64,000 bases of DNA from Camelus ferus (Eukaryota): contig NC_045696.1 of the NCBI RefSeq assembly GCF_009834535.1, positions 9,922,001 to 9,986,000 on the forward strand, given 5' to 3'. The position numbers were made by a program, and so were the translations under genes. The notes beneath the pieces are model-generated. The model was not told the origin of the DNA. It ran no database searches and was given only the letters and a program-made list of their open reading frames with translations. Within the stretch, counting starts at the first letter, position 1. Each line of letters opens with the position of its first letter. This document shows, piece after piece, positions 1 to 13,182 of the stretch.

Positions 1-405
1 TTTACTTTCCTTTTCTGACATTTCATTGTTAGTGTAAAGAAATTCAACTGATATCTGTATGTTAATCTTGTATCCTGCTACCTTGCCAAATTCTTTTATC
101 AGCTCTAGTAGTTTTTTTTTTTTGTGGAGCCTTTAGGGTTTTCTATATCTATAGTATTACATCATGGACATGTAGTGACAATTTTACCTCTTTTTTTCCA
201 AGTTGGATTTTTTTTTTTTTTTTTTTTTTTTACTTTTTCTTGTCTGATTGCTATGGCAAGGACTTCAATACTATGTTGAATAGAAGTGGTGACAGTGGGC
301 ATTCTTGTCTTGTTCCAGATTTTAGCAGGATGGCTTTCAACTTTTCACCATTGAGTATTATGCTGGCTGTGGGTTTGTCATAAATAGCTTTAATTATGTT
401 GATAT
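1..405 (-). mobile_element. LINE-1 ORF2 (RT region) fragment, continues beyond the window start
   Basis: Typical antisense L1 ORF2 text (ttgtatcctgctaccttgccaaattc; actatgttgaatagaagtggtgacagtgggcattcttgtcttgttccagatttt). Confidence 0.9.
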
Positions 406-499
406 TTCTGTAAATGAAATAAACTCTTTGCCCTAATGGAGCTCAGATCATATCATAAAGGCACTTGTTATTGTCTATTTCCCACACTGAAGAGGGCAA

Positions 500-1240
500 G
501 TGAAGGCATGTTTTCCAAAAAAAGAGTAAGCATTTCTGTGAGATGCTGCTAAAAGTTTAAGTAAGCTGAGGACTGAGAATTGGCCCTTGGCTTTGACAAG
601 GAAGAAACCACTGCATTACAAGAGCAGTTTCCATAGAACAGTGGAGACAGAAGCCTGACTGGAGTGAATTCAAGAGGGACAGGAGGCAAGAAAGTGGAAT
701 CAATGAGGCCAGAGCAGAAATGGGAAGCACAGGAGTGAGGTGGAGGGTAGAGAGGTTAGGCTCAGGGAAGATTTTGTTGTAGTTATTGTTTCAAGATAAG
801 AACCTTCAAGCACATTTGTACAGAGCATGATCCAGAAGAGAGGAACAGGTGGACATCATGACACAGGAGAGAGAAAAGAGTGGTGTTCCAGAGTGATATT
901 CTAGAGAGGCAAGAGGACACAGGCCCCAGAGCCCAGGTGAGGGCTTACCTTTGCAAGGGGCAGGTATAGTTCATCCCAGGTAATCGGAGGGAAGACAGTG
1001 CAAAGGGCACAGATGTCATTCTGGGAGAATAAAACAGTTCTCTTTCAATTGCTTCTTTTTTTTTTCCACTAAAATCAGATGAGAATGAGCAGAGGAAGAA
1101 GTTCTGAAGGGGGGATAAAAATATTCAAAACAGCCATCTCAGAGGCTAGGAGAGTGCATGGATCAGTGACATGGAACCAGCTTGCTGGGCAGTGCTGAGG
1201 TCACTCATGAGGAGTGACCAGCCAGCAGAGTTGTGTTTTT
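500..1240 (-). mobile_element. L2 LINE fragment (degenerate)
   Basis: Resembles antisense L2 (agtaagctgaggactgagaattggcccttggctttgacaag...agcctgactggagtgaattcaagagg). Confidence 0.7.
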
Positions 1241-1719
1241 CTCTAACTATTGCCCCTTCGTGGGAAGAACTTTCCCACTAGGACCCTTTCTAGGCCTCTG
1301 GCAGCCTTCAGAGTGTGCTCCTTCAGGTTAGATGTCAACGTCTGGTGTAATCAGCTGAGTCCAAGAGGATGGCCTGGGGGTATGAACCACAGTGCAATAT
1401 CTCTCCATAACTGTCTAGCTCTGTAAGCAGCTGTGTGTTGGCTGTGGGTCATTTCCCTAGAGTGATCTGTAAGCATCAAGCTCTAGAAGAGGTTGAGAGA
1501 GTGAGTAACAGTCTGGGGTCAGGCCTGGGAAGATCCACTTGGCATTAGGTGACTTTGATTTAGCATATGACAATGAAATCCAGGAATTTTACCATATTCA
1601 GAGTGTCCAAGACACATTGCAGCCTGATCCTGCTTTATTTTTTTTAAGTTCTTGCATCTGACAATGCACCCTATATCTATAGTGGGAGGGTACTCCAGTC
1701 TTGGGCTACCATCCATTCA

Positions 1720-1920
1720 GTTTTTAATACGTGCAAGGCACTGTGATAATAGCACTTACTTATTCTTTCAGATAATCCTGAAAACAATACAGTGGTCAGA
1801 ACTGTTATTGAGTCCATTTTACAGATGAAGTATCCAAAGCTGAGTATCTTCAGAAGCACAGAGCAAAATATATCACTAGATCTGTCAGACCTCAAAGTCT
1901 GTACCCACAACCACTAGTGT
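1720..1920 (-). mobile_element. MIR SINE
   Basis: MIR core ccattttacagatgaag preceded by caaggcactgtgat-type tail. Confidence 0.75.
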
Positions 1921-1934
1921 AGACTGAATATACC

Positions 1935-2370
1935 TCTCATTCAGTTACACATTGGATTTGACTGCAAGTAACAGAAACTCCAAAAATATCAACTTAAACA
2001 AATTAGCGGGTTTTTCTGTTGTTGTTTTTCATGTAAAAAAGTTCAGTGGTAAGTAGTTCAGGACTGGTAGGGTAGCTGCACAACACACTCTAGAAGTGAC
2101 ATTTCTTCTAGCTTTCTGCATCCCTATCCTTAGTTTGCAGCCTTTGCATTCACAGTCACCTCATGGCTACAAGATGGCAACTCTACCTCCAGCATTGCAT
2201 CAGCATTCCAGGCAGAAGAAAGGGAAGAACAGAGGACAAACGATGCATGTCAATTTATTCTCCCCACTCTACTTTTTTTTTTCTGTCCTCTTTTGAAGAG
2301 TTTTCCTAGAAGCCTCACTCCACAACATCTGCTCACATCTCATCGGCTGGAACTGCCACAGGGCCCTTGC
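1935..2370 (-). mobile_element. Old MaLR solo LTR (MLT1J/K-like)
   Basis: tcagtta...ctgcaagtaacagaaactcc start and cacctcatggctacaagatggc...cattccaggcag internal motif. Confidence 0.7.
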
Positions 2371-2379
2371 ATTCATGAC

Positions 2380-2960
2380 ATCTTGCATTCATGTGGTCCA
2401 TTTATTACAACTGATGAGCTAATACTGGTATATCATTATTAACTGAATTCCATAGTTTAGATTAGGGCTCATTCTTTGTGTGTACATTCTATGGATTTGG
2501 ATTAATGTATAATGACAATACATTAGACCCTTAGAGTATCATACAGAGTAGGTTCACTGCCCTAAAAATCCTCTGTGCTCCACCTTTTAAGCCCTCCCTT
2601 CCCTCAGCCCCTGAACACCTGTGACCTTTTTACTGCCTCCATCATTTCGCCTTTTTCAGAATGTCATACCATTGAAATCACATAGCCTTTTCAGATTGAC
2701 TTCTTTCACTTAGTGATACACATTTAAGTTTCCTCTATGTCTTTTCATGGTTTGGTAGTTCATTTCTTTTTATTGCTGAATAATACTCTATTTTCTGGAT
2801 GTACCACATTATGTGTTCACCTCCTGAAGGACATCTTGGTTGCTTCCACTTTTTGCCAGTTATGAATACAGCTACAATAAACATGCATGTACAGGTTTTT
2901 CTGTGGATGTAAATTTTCAACTCCTTTGGGTAAATATCAAGGGGTGGGGGTGCTGGATTG
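2380..2960 (-). mobile_element. L1MC-type 3' end with ORF2 C-terminal remnant
   Basis: ORF 2735-2920 (KTCTCMFIVAVFITGKKWKQPRCPS...YYSAIKRNE) is L1 ORF2 C-terminus; flanking sequence is L1MC-like 3'UTR. Confidence 0.9.
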
Positions 2961-3004
2961 CAACTCTAAAAAAAGCTATGTGTTAGGGGAAGGAGGCAGG
3001 GCTC

Positions 3005-3130
3005 TCCTCTGGAGTTTCTGAGTCAGTAGGTCTGGGATGGGACCCAAGAATTTGTGTTTCTAACAAGTTCCTAGATGCTGCTGCTGGTCCTGCAGGTCCA
3101 AGAGCCACACCTTGAGCATCACTGCTCTAG
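3005..3130. mobile_element. MER5A-like hAT-Charlie MITE
   Basis: gagtttctgagtcagtaggtctgggatggg...tttctaacaagttc...cacaccttgagcatcactg. Confidence 0.8.
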
Positions 3131-3749
3131 AAGCTTATTAAGTGAGAGAAAAACACTAAATGGGACAGCCACAACTTCCATATTTTAATGCTTTTGGGAT
3201 CTACCTAACCCAAGAGAAAGTTCATGACATCTATTCTTCACCTGCTTCTAAAAGGTCTCAAGCATCTCTGAAGCAGCTTAGTTTAGATCTTGTTTTCCTT
3301 CCAGAACAAGAAACCATTTGTTAGGCTCATCACCACCATCTGGGGGAGAAGCTCTGGGGTGGAAACCCTAGCACAAAGATCCCTTCTGGAACATCAAGCA
3401 TATGTTGACACTGGAGGCTCTGCTAATGCATTTTGATAAGCTTGAATCACGGAGACTTTTTGGCAGCAGATGCCTCACCTCCCGGTGCTAGAGTTTGTGC
3501 TGAGCCACCAAATGCCAAGTGACCCCAAGCCCTCCATCGTTTATGGTTTACTTCTCAAAAACAACCTCATCTGCAGGACAGACCAGACTGTGACACCAGG
3601 AGTCAGCCCGTTCCACAGCCACTTCTTTGGCTCTGCCTTTACAACCTGTATGAATTATAGCCTTTTCTGCATCTCCGTCTTAAATATCAGCTGATACTCA
3701 AGATAGTGTTGCCCCAAGAGGGGCACCAGCTATCATTGCTGCTCTGCTT

Positions 3750-3965
3750 GCCAGCATCTGTTATGCCTGACTGTGCCAGACACGATGCCAAGCATTCCAC
3801 ATGCCTTCTGCTTAATCTCCCCAAGGCCTCTAAAGGTGGGTCCTATTGGCATCACTATCCCCAATTTACAGATGAAACCGAGGTGCAGTGCAGTTAAGAC
3901 ACTGGCTCCGGGTCACATAGCTAGTGAGTGGCAGAGCCAAAATTCAAACTCAGGTCAAGCTGGTA
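3750..3965 (-). mobile_element. MIR SINE
   Basis: ccccaatttacagatgaaaccgagg...ggtcacatagctagtgagtggcagagcc. Confidence 0.85.
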
Positions 3966-4274
3966 TTATGGATTTTCAGTGTGGAAGGGTAGATATGAAC
4001 CAAGCTACTAAGATTGACCCTAGAAGAGGGAGGTAAAGTCTAGAATCAGCAACAAAGTCATCTGTGACATAGCTCTCCAGTTAGGAATCTCCTCCCACCT
4101 TCCAATTACCATGAAGCTCTATTCATACCCCGTGGGCAGCATTTCTCGGGGACCATGGAGTAATAGAATTATTTCCACTTCATTTGTCTTGTCTGCTCCA
4201 GAGTCTTGCCCACAGTTAGCACTGGGGAAAGGTGTATGTTTAGGAAATGGATAGATAGATTAAAAGTGGTCAAA

Positions 4275-4421
4275 CTGAGCACATCTAGCACCCAGATCTT
4301 AGTTTTTAAAACTGTTCTCCAAATAAGGATCCAGGGCTCTTTAGAGAAGTGACTGTTTCCAGGACTGGAGCAGCAAACATACAAGATGAGCCTAGTACAA
4401 CACGTAGTACCAGAAACTAAG
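4275..4421 (+). mobile_element. L1MC/L1MD 3'UTR fragment
   Basis: gagcacatctagcacccagatcttag...caagatgagcctag...gtaccagaaactaag resembles L1MC3/L1MD 3'UTR. Confidence 0.7.
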
Positions 4422-5044
4422 TGTAAGCAGACAGGGTAGGGGGTCCCCGGAGAAAGAGAACCAGGCCTGGCTTTCACGACATGGGTCCCATGGGAAGGAG
4501 GGGATCAGTATAGCAAATGGAAAGCTTACAATTCTCAACTTGAATTGTTTTTCCCATAAAGGATGCACTTTATAGATGAATTGTTGTTCTAATAATTGCT
4601 ATATTTTCTTGACCATATTAGGTCAATATATCAGCTAGATAGTATAAGTAGGTACAGCTCTTCAAAGGCATGTTTTTCTTTGGGAAGAACCAATATAGCT
4701 TAATAAAGAGTTTCCATCCCAGTTTCACAAGCCCAGGCCAGAGGAGGATCTCTGGAAGGTGTGGTCCTCTTCTTGGTGGCTCTCAAAGGGCCTCTAATGC
4801 CACTTGAACCTTTACCAGAACCACTGCCCCAGGCAGCCGCAACGGGTAGATGGCCAAGCACAGTGGTTTCTGATAAAGGTGTGCATTTGCCTTATCTGTA
4901 TTGATGATCATGGCTTATCACACTGAAGCAAACAAAAGAAAAGTTGCCCTACTGCTGTGGTCAAGCCGATGGGCTAGAGTTCCCATGGTTCAGTGAATTC
5001 CATGTTTGACAACAAAGAGGCAGTCCTGCCATCTTCCTAATGGG

Positions 5045-5510
5045 GTGATGTGCCAGTCAAATCCACCCCTCCTCCTTCCACCGTGCTGATCATTCGGGAA
5101 CCAACCCCTGCAGATTGTGTTCTCCAGGCTTGCTGGCGAGTTTGGCTGAAGGACAGCATTAGACAAAGACTGAGTGGGAAGAAGGGAGAAGCCAGGGTAT
5201 CTCTCTCCTCCCTTTGCCTCATGGGGCGTCTCAGTAGCTGTTGCATCTCTAGCAAGGCTCTGAACGCCACTACATATGACCACCGTGGGTGCTGGGTGAC
5301 CCATCTCCTAGCTCTACTAACGTCCCTCCTTCCTCTGATCCCCCAGCCTAGGGGACTGGTGGCCTCCTGCTGTTGCTGACTTCTGGATTCCTTCACTGCC
5401 CTTTGTTTGGCTTCCCAGAACTTTCACCAGCTGCTTAAGCAATTCCCTCTATTAAATAGCCTCTATTTAAAATACTTAGAGTAGATTCTGGTTTCCTGAT
5501 TAAACTCTGC
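5045..5510 (+). mobile_element. ERVL solo LTR (LTR33-like)
   Basis: cccagcctagggg...cctcctgctgttgctg...aattccctctattaaat...aaatacttagagtagattctggtttcctga is characteristic of the LTR33 3' half. Confidence 0.75.
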
Positions 5511-6881
5511 AGTGTCTTAAGACCTGATTTTTTTTCATTCTCATCCTGATCGAGGACAGGAAACACACACACACAGATTTTGAAATCATTTTGCATCTGT
5601 CCTCCTCATTTTATATCATAACAGTTAGTGTTTATTGGAACATGGAAGCTTAACAAGGTGGATCCCTAACACTATGATCGAGTAGAGAAGTTGTAAGAGG
5701 ACCTGAGAGAAGGGTCTAGGGAAGCATAACTGGACTTTATATGACCTCGTGGCCCAACAACTCCAGCAAAATCATTCAATGTATGTGCTCTAAAACCAAC
5801 AAAACTTTGGCTACACACTTTCAAGACTCTCCATGGTCTCCCAGCGAAGAAAGTAACATTCTTCTTTCTTCACTAGGATGTCTCAGAGCACCACCCTGGT
5901 ATTTCTAGGTTAACTAGACAAGCTGCAAAGAGCTTCCTTGATGGCCTAAAGATTCCTTTGTTCATAAGAAAGATGTTGTGGCTTCAGTTTAATGTTGGTG
6001 CCTTCATTTGGTCTTATTGGCTTCATGTGGCTGGTCCTCAGATGACATGGCTTGGGATATTTTAGAGCTAGAGTTGTTTTGCAGTAATTAAGGACTATTT
6101 GGCTGAAGATCCATTTGTTACTTTGCGGGGAGAGGTAGTCATTTGTTCTTCTTGCTTCAAATGTGATAGACTTTGGCTAAGTTAACCAAATAGTTTAAAA
6201 CTAAAATTTTTGAAACTAAAACTAAATTTTTCCTAAAACAAGCAATTCAGATCCACCCAAATGTATCTGAAAATGATCAATGATCTTTTTGACTCCTTGA
6301 GATCTTGATCTAATATCAGTGTCCTTTAAACAACAAACATCATTCTAGATTTGTGCATAGTGTCAAGTCAAAAAAGTTTTTTTTTTTTTATGAGAACCAG
6401 GCAACTCAGATTTGGGTAACCCCGTATACGGGAATCAGCATATGCATACACAAGTGTATATCCATTCTGTTATGTAAGGTCATGAAGAGTAAGTTTCACT
6501 AAATTGCTTTTTTTTTATCACTTAAAGACTGTTTGCTTCAGAAAAAAATGAGAAACTCAACAAAATAGTTTTATTGTTTTTATTTTACTTTTATCAACCT
6601 GTTGCAATCACATATATTGAAGGACAAATTCTTCCCAGAAGACACACAGAAACAACTTCTTAGAACTACTGTTCTTGGGCAGATAAGGACCCATAACTGT
6701 GAAAAGACAAGATACATGTATCAATCAGCAAAAGCAAAGGCTTAGCGTGATCCCTGTCTTTTGTGGTTCGAAATTTCCCTGCAACAGACATACAGTTAAA
6801 CAAATTCAAAAAGAAACCAATTTCATTCTTGGCTACCACAATTTGCTGTGATGGCTTAAAAATACAGAAAGTATATTTTGC

Positions 6882-7062
6882 ACCCAGTGGCTCACGAACT
6901 TTGGGGTATATCAGGATTGCCTGGGGGTTGGTACAATGCAAACTCTGGGCTCTAGTTCCCAGATACTTGGTAGGTGGTGAGAAGCCCCCAAATCTGCAGT
7001 TGAAACAGACCCCCTGATTCTGATGCAAGCGGGTCTCCAGACCATCTTTTGAGGAATACTGG
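6882..7062. mobile_element. MER5-family hAT MITE
   Basis: ccagtggctcacgaactt...aatctgca...tgattctgatgca...ttttgaggaatactgg, with degenerate terminal inverted repeats. Confidence 0.65.
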
Positions 7063-8761
7063 GATTTGAGGCACTGCTCAGAAGAAGACACGGCCCCAAC
7101 CCTTGAATATAATGTATTTTTACCTTAAAGCCAATTTCCATTTTAATTTGACAGGTGCCACCAGTTGAATTAGCTAATGAGGACAGATGTCCCAGGGCTG
7201 GGACAAAACATTCTTCACTTGGTTCATGGATGGGGCGGGGTGGGGGGTGGTCTTTGATGCCATCACTTGATAAAATTCTTATGGGGAAGCCAGGAGCATC
7301 TCGAGCACTCTGATACTACATGCTCTTCTCCAAGGAGGGAAAGGTCATTTGAAGAGCAAATCACTTACCCTCCTCAACCAGACTCCCTCGGGAGACTCAG
7401 CAAGTATTTTTCAGAGCGTGGCCCGGGCCCAGAAGTACTCTTCTAACTGGTGCCGGAACAAGGTTTGACAGTCTGGGCCAATCTGGAATGGGTTCCTGAA
7501 AGCCAATATTGGAGCAGTTGTGATTGAGACCTGCCAAATCATGTGTCAGGAATGTCTAGTTCCTTCCCCGGAAAGAGTGGCAGTGTCTCATGAAAAAACA
7601 CAACTCTGAAAATTGAGACATTCCATGCATTATCCACAGTCATTAAAACTGGAACAAAACCCCAGGAAACGTAGACACCTCCTGTCAGCAACACGTCACT
7701 TTTTGCCGGTGGTTATTTAATATAAACGCCACGGAAGCTCTTCCACAAGGACACACCATGTGGCGGCACCTGCTAGGCCACTGTCCCCATCCTTGTGCAG
7801 CCTGATGCTGGGCAGTGGGAGGAGAAGGGTGGGGGTGGCCAATTAGACAAAACCTTTAAAAACAAGATTCTGGCTAGGACTTCCACCGCACAGATTACCA
7901 AGTGGATAGGCATTTTATTTTGCTAAATGAAAGAGCTAGTTTATATCTTCCCCTGGATCATTTTCTAACCTAACTGCAGTGGAAACATTCTCAGAAAGAA
8001 AGACTTTCTTGTCTGTTTGCCCTTTATATTGCCACTGGGCATCCCACTCGTAGAACTTCGGCAGTGATCGGCTGCTTCTGCTTGGGAACCAAGCCAGCTA
8101 ACAAACTCCTCCAGGACTTGACCAAACACCAGTGTTTCATTTGCTCACAGTCAAATCAGAAGCCCTCAGTGGTGTCATGTTTAAGGGTAGACCGCAATCC
8201 CAGCCCATCTTTTGTGGATGAAATGGTTCGTTTCCCTGGCTCCTCTAGACAGGGAACCACGTCTAACCTAAGCTGTGTAAATTCTATGGATTCATCTTTT
8301 GTTTGTTTGTTTGTGGTTTGGGGTTTTTTGCTGTTAAGCATCTAGCAGGCGTTTTCCTCTGAACGGAAGCCATGAAAAGCTGGCTCCCCAAGAATCACAG
8401 CGAATCCCCTGCATCTGGTCTGTGGCGGATCCTCTGTTACAATCAAACCCTTCTCAGAATAAGGAAAGGGAGTGCGTATGGCCAGTGTCCTGCCTCTCCT
8501 GAGATGTTACGGGGCTGGGTGCTGACTCCCTCCTGCCTGCTTTCCTCCTCCTTCCTCTGGCAGCAGCTGTCGACCAACCCTGAAAGCGTTCACATCCCAA
8601 GTCTCCTGCCCGTGACCGTTGGCAAGTTTCTGAGCAGTTCTGAGCCTTCGTTCCTCAACTGATAAGATGGGTACGGATGACACCGCAAATGACTTGGGGG
8701 GAGGGGTGGATTCAGAGAGCTAGGGAATAGAAAAGGGACAGAAAGGATGATTCTTCCTTTT

Positions 8762-8806
8762 TTTTTTTTTTTAATTGAGTTATAGTCAGTTTACAATGTC
8801 GTGTCA
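8762..8806 (-). mobile_element. Extremely 5'-truncated L1 3' terminus with poly(A)
   Basis: Poly-T then aattgagttatagtcagtttacaatgtcgtgtc, which matches the L1 3' end at ~35213-35250. TSD atgattcttcctttt (8747-8761) / atggttcttcctttt (8807-8821). Confidence 0.85.
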
Positions 8807-9286
8807 ATGGTTCTTCCTTTTCGTTTTGTCTTTTTTCCACAAGAAGGAAAAAGATTCTAGGGTGGGAAGAAACTGTGGTTGTTCACTTGGTACCTGGAAA
8901 ATCTCTTCAGGAGTGAAACTACAGGGCATCTTCATTGCAGCCCACAACTGGAGGGATGTGTTGGTCACCTATCTGCAGAGATCTGCCCATCTAGACCCAG
9001 GGGCATTGAACACAGTCCAGAAGAGGCCTCTGTGCAACCTCTTTGACAACAGTGATGATGAAACCATTTCCTGCCTGGAGGAACACAGTAATGGTTCTCA
9101 CTAAAGTGCTCTAAGTTCACAGGAACATTCATTGTATATATTTTGAGTGTAAATGGAAAGCATCCTCTAAAATAGCCATTTTTAGAGTTTCACAGATGGA
9201 GCTTTGAGGGGTCTGCAATACCTCTGAAATTATATGACTGTTTATGTATATTGTGTACGAAATAAAATTTCCAAAGAGAACCTCTA

Positions 9287-9808
9287 CAGCTGTGCTTCCA
9301 AGAAAAATGTAATGTGAGGGGGAGGGGGCAATGCAGGGACAGGGGACTAAGAGATACAAACCATCACATGTGAAATAAGCAACAAGGTTATATTGTACAG
9401 CACAGAGAATGTAGCCAATATTTTATAATAAGTATAAACAGAGTATAGCCATTAAAAATTGTGAGTCACTATTTTTACACCTGGACCTTACATAATATTG
9501 TACATCAACTATATTTCAATAAATATATATATATAATGTGAGCCATATATATAATTTAAATTTTTCTAGTAGCCACATTAAATAAGTAATTAAATCAATT
9601 CCAATGACATACTTCATGTAGCCCAATATCCAAAGTATTTTCATGTGAACATGTCATCAATATTTTTAAAACCTGTTAGTGAGACATTTTACATTCTTTT
9701 CTTGTTTTTATGAAGCTCACATTCTAGCGTGCGTCTCAGTTCAGACTGGCCCTGTTCCAGGTGCTCAACAGCCACACGTGGCTAGTGATTCCTGTACTGG
9801 ACAGACCT
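9287..9808. mobile_element. MER33-like hAT-Charlie element interrupted by an L1 3' end
   Basis: aatttaaatttttctagtagccacattaaa...gtgctcaacagccacacgtggctagtg...tactggacag. Confidence 0.8.
9319..9530 (+). mobile_element. 5'-truncated L1 3'UTR (L1MA-like) nested in MER33
   Basis: aagagatacaaacc...ttgtacagcacagagaatgtagccaatatttt...catcaactatatttcaataaa. TSD atgtaatgtgag (9307-9318) / atataatgtgag (9531-9542). Confidence 0.85.
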
Positions 9809-9959
9809 TGACTGCAGTTTTTTTCTGGTTTTCACATCCCACTGATAACAAGTGGTGTCACCATGTGGCCGTGAACAGCAAGAGATGATCATTGAAAACT
9901 TCAAAATCAAGTTCTCGGTAGTCCCGATTACGATTCAAATTTCTCCTTACAAACTCAAA

Positions 9960-10150
9960 AGGGCTTTCAGATAAACTATCTCATCAGATCCTCATAACCC
10001 ACAACACAGACAGGGCAGATGTCATTTCCTCATAGCCTAGCTGAGAAAACTAAGGTTTAAAAAATCTTCAATAATTGGCCCAAAGTCAAACAACTAGAGG
10101 TCGGTGGGTTAGGAGCCTGAACTGAGTCTTGGGAGTCTTGAGTCCCTGGG
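9960..10150 (-). mobile_element. MIR SINE
   Basis: atctcatcagatcctcataacc...gagaaaactaaggtt...cccaaagtcaaacaactag. Confidence 0.7.
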
Positions 10151-10204
10151 TCTAGCTGAGAAAGAGGCAGCTCCCTCCTGTCATCACACCGCCATGGAAG
10201 GGAC

Positions 10205-10345
10205 ATTTGTTTGCATCTCCCACTGAATAGTAAGGTCCAAGAGGGCAGGAACTGACAGTCCTTCCGTCCACTGCTGCATAGCCAGCACCTAACGCAGTGC
10301 CTGGCACAGAGTAGGCACACGGTTTCTACTTGAATTAAATTCAGC
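10205..10345 (+). mobile_element. L2 3' end
   Basis: gagggcagg...ccagcacctaacgcagtgcctggcacagagtaggcac. Confidence 0.8.
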
Positions 10346-11469
10346 TGAACCAAAAGTGTGGTTCATACCAGACCCCTCAAGTGATCACTGGAACCACTCC
10401 ATCTCCGGGGATCTTTGTTGAAACCAAAACCATAAAAACCACCTGCATGCTGAGGTCCCGAATTGCCTTTATTCACCCTTTGATGCCTCTTCTTTCCCCA
10501 ACACACAAAATACAACTTAGGGATTGTTTTTTTCTGGGCAAATAACTGTCATCATGGCTATGTTTTAATGCTCACTTTGCACTTTTTAATGGAAATTCAC
10601 ATCTCCAGTGGAAAAAACACCTTGAAAACAGATTCAGTCTGATGTGCGATTTGGATGCCAGTCTCCACCCACCCAAGACCACCTGGAGGAGCCCAGGGAC
10701 CACCCTGCGAGCCTGATGAAGCCACAGCACAAGGGAAGTGCCTCACTGCCCCTCTGCCCTGCCAGCCAGGCGGGGGTGAATCACACAGACCTGGGACAGT
10801 GGGAAAACCCCTGAGAGCAGTGTCAGAGGACGGCTTGACACTTCGGTGGAGACACAGACCTGTTCCCGGCTGCCCTCAGCACAATCTCCAGCTGGCCTCT
10901 GGCTCACTTCTGCGCCGCTGTCAGCACCAGCCGCCTTCACTGACGGTCTCTCGCCTGCCTATGTAGCAGTCTGGAACTGGGCGACTGTGCCCATGGAGAC
11001 CCTGTGCCAATTGCTGAGAGCTGCTATCTTCTCGGAGGTGTTCGGATGTCAGAGCACAGCAGAGATCCAGGACCGACCCCATCTGCCCCCATCAGCTGCT
11101 TCTTGCCAGCTTTCCACTGGGCACCAAAGAGGAATTTAGAGCAGGGGGTACAAGCAAAAGCTTATTCTGAACTTCATATGAGATCCTTGAATCTGATTGG
11201 CAAACGTTCCACAGCTCAGGACCCGACATGTGCCTCTACAGATGAAACATGGCATCCAGCTGAGTCCCAGACTTTTGCTGTCAGATGTGTCTTATTTTGG
11301 TCATGGCTTCTCTGTGCATTAGTTTTCAGGAGAACACTTAAAATCATATCCATATTTTGGTTGAAATAATTTTTTAAAAGCTTCCTAAGTGAACACACTG
11401 AACTAAGTACAGTGAAAGATTCTTGACATATCCCATTAATAATCAGGTACTTCCTGCTCCTGAAGGTCA

Positions 11470-12090
11470 AGGTTGTAGGCACTAGAGAGAGTGATTAAAC
11501 CATAGAGTCCCTTGTGAAGTCTACAATCTAGTTGGGGTGGTGTGGGAGGGGTGGAGATAAATAAGAAATAATATTAAAGGCAATAAATAAGAAAACAAAT
11601 CAATAAATAAGATTATTCTAATAGGCATCAATGCTCTGAAGACATCAAAATGGGATAATGAGGCACAGAGTCATGCTGGGATGGGGAAGACCCCTTAGAA
11701 GGGTGGTCTGAGAACATTTTTCAGAAGACGTCACATTGAGGCTGTGGAATAAATGACAAGAAGCCACATGAAGATCTGGGGAAGAGTGTGTTGAGCAGAA
11801 GGAACAGCCAAGGCAAGAGTGAGCTTGGAGCATTGGGAGCAGCAAGAGGGTGTGGTGAGCAAGGGGGAAAGTGATGAAGAATGACAGTGAGGGGTCCTTC
11901 AGGGCCCCATGGTGATGAGGATGGATTCTACTCCAAGCATCATGCAAAGCTATTGGGAGGCACCACGCAGGGGAGTGAAGTGAGCTCACTGAGGCTTTCT
12001 GAGGTTCACCCCAGCCACCACTGTGGAAGGATGGTGGAAGGGGCTGGAAGGAAAGCAAAGAGTGGTGGGGGCTTTCCTGTAGAACGTGGC
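11470..12090 (-). mobile_element. L2a fragment
   Basis: agggtggtctgagaa...ggaagccacatgaagatctggggaagagtgtg...gattctactccaagcatcatgcaaagctattgggag. Confidence 0.8.
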
Positions 12091-12674
12091 AGTCTAGAGC
12101 AGAAGCAGACCTAAAATACTTATAACTCAGGTCAGGTGAGTTAGGTTTTCTAACAAAGCTTTAAACTAAAGGCTGAGGAGGCAGCCAGTGAGTAGAAGTC
12201 ATTCCAGTTGAGGAGATGAGAGGATTCAATGGAGCTGCAGTGGGAGCCATGTCAGAGGGTTCATGGGGAACACATCTTGAGTTTGGTCCCCCACTGGCTT
12301 GAATTTCTCAGTCTCTGCGTGAGGTCACTCTGATACCAAATAACCATTCTCCATCTCCCCAACCCCATGGAGGGCACAAGTAATGTCTTCTAGAGTCTTC
12401 TACCCTAGTCATGGGGTATAGAGCCAACATTTCCATAGGAACTATACAATTGCTTCCATGTGGGTAACAGCAGCAGGAAGACATCTGATTTCTTTGATGT
12501 GGGGAATTCAGAAGATGCTGGAAGCCACAAAGGGCAAGGCCTTAGATTTCCTGGTTAGATACTAAGACATCCTGGGTGGAGCTCACCTTGGTGAAACTGT
12601 GAAGCCCTCCCAATTTGCAGGGATCAGAGCAGTTCAGAACTGGATCTCACACACCATCCAGTGTAGTATCTATA

Positions 12675-13180
12675 GATTCAAAGAGTGGTCCTAGGGCAGT
12701 AGCATCAGTATCACAGGAGCATGTTGGAAATGCAGTCTCCAGCCTCATGATCTCATGAACCACAGTCTGCATTTTCACAAGATCACCAGGTGATTTGTGT
12801 GCATATTTCAGTTTGAGAAACATTGCTCTAGAGGTTCTTAACCTTCAATGGGCAACAGAATCATCAACACAGTTTTTAAAAATACTACACAAATGCTTGG
12901 GTCCTAGCCCAAAGATTCAGCCTTAGTTGGTCTGAGGTGAGCCCAGACAGTGTTTATGTATTTTTAATGGTCCCTGCATGTCCAGAAGGGTCTCTCATGT
13001 AATCCAAACTCCTTATTTTACAGATGTGAAGCTCAGGCTCAATAAATGGAGGTTTATATCTTGTTAAAATATAGGCATTTTGTTAAAATGAAGATTCTCT
13101 GGTGGGGCCCAAGATTCTGAATTTCTAACAAGCTCCCAGGTGAGGCCAACCTTGGTCCTTAGACTACACTTTAAATAGTG
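12675..13180. mobile_element. Cluster of MER5A/MER5B hAT MITE fragments with a short MIR piece
   Basis: gcagtagcatcagtatcac...tctgcattttcacaagatcaccaggtgatt...gtttgagaaacattgc; aatttctaacaagctcccaggtgagg. Confidence 0.7.
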
Positions 13181-13182
13181 GG

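Noticed and set aside
7369..7496. Possible minus-strand exon (ttggctttcag acceptor, gtaagt donor)
   Set aside because: All three frames contain stops, and there is no transcript evidence for a non-coding exon.
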